Shown here one piece after another: positions 34,151-34,548 of a stretch of DNA of 34,548 nucleotides. Numbering within the stretch: the stretch's first letter is position 1; every line of letters begins with the position of its first letter. The notes under the pieces were generated by a model. It was not told where the DNA came from, did not search any database, and saw only the letters and a program-made list of their open reading frames with translations. This DNA is from a virus (Duplodnaviria > Caudoviricetes): positions 1 through 34,548 of the IMG/VR virus record IMGVR_UViG_3300020044_004189; one strand, given 5' to 3'. A program made the position numbers and the translations under genes.

Positions 34151-34548
34151 CTATTCAAATGTTGCTCCCTTCGGCCCTTTCGGTTTGACCTGTGCGCTTG
34201 ATGGCATGGGTCTACGGATTGGATCAGGAGCGTTAGTGTATTTTGGTTTCAGGGCAACAGCTTTTGACTTGATCAACGTAGCAATCCTGACTGCGGCCAT
34301 CGTTGGATGTAGGTGTCTCAGTGCGTCCAATTCAGTGACGTTCTGGGACAGATACTTGGTGATCAGCGGGCCGTGGTCATCCTCAAGGATGTACTGCACC
34401 AGCGAATCATCAATTCCAAACTGACCTACAATCGAGCCTGCTGCTTGAAGCTCCTCTGCCTTGACGCCAAGGGTTTTCGCCCTCTGCGCGTAGCTCTGAA
34501 CCTTCTCGACCAGAATCTCCTGCTGCTTTTGCTCTGCCTCCTGAGCCA
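34151..34548 (-). CDS. Capsid scaffolding protein, 3' part (joins 1..554)
   Basis: In frame with the ORF starting at 554; ends ...TNAPDPI...KGPKGATFE. Confidence 0.85.
   Translation of the reverse strand, partial: AQEAEQKQQEILVEKVQSYAQRAKTLGVKAEELQAAGSIVGQFGIDDSLVQYILEDDHGPLITKYLSQNVTELDALRHLHPTMAAVRIATLIKSKAVALKPKYTNAPDPIRRPMPSSAQVKPKGPKGATFE
34428..34548. repeat. Terminal direct repeat (right copy)
   Basis: Identical to 1-121. Confidence 0.95.

Noticed and set aside
34148-34155. Long-range pairing between the coat SD region (ATAGGTGA) and the scaffold leader (TCACCTAT)
   Set aside because: Only 8 bp of complementarity, which could easily be chance.
1-34548. tRNA genes or stop-codon reassignment
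   Set aside because: No cloverleaf was evident in the short intergenic gaps, and genes are full length under the standard code with TAA, TAG and TGA all used as stops.

Overview
This window looks like a complete, circularly assembled genome of about 34,427 bp. Bases 34428-34548 repeat bases 1-121, and the scaffold gene reads in frame across the join. It is a P22-like podophage, probably infecting a Gram-negative (likely gamma-proteobacterial) host. The minus strand carries the late operon: terS, terL, portal, [HiPIP-like Cys protein, toxin-like protein], scaffold, coat, small basic proteins, gp4/gp10-like tail hub, ejection proteins, [HNH], tail fibre and lysis genes. It also carries cro-like, [HNH] and primase/helicase genes. 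The plus strand carries a replication/recombination module (AAA ATPase, DUF669-type SSB, Cas4-like exonuclease, SF2 helicase, VRR-NUC) and small early genes (RHH, SleB-type hydrolase, dUTPase, SutA-like). I found no integrase, CI repressor, tRNA or CRISPR. Three observations stand out. (1) A two-gene insert between portal and scaffold encodes a HiPIP-like Cys protein and a protein with a pre-toxin-TG-like N-terminus plus an HhH-glycosylase-like C-terminus, a candidate virion-delivered effector. (2) An HNH gene has taken over the tail fibre's ATG, leaving the fibre apparently starting at ATA. (3) Two near-identical 'hairpin + AATYTT + ATG' translation-initiation structures follow the SSB and coat genes. 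All family calls come from motif recognition by eye, not database searches.
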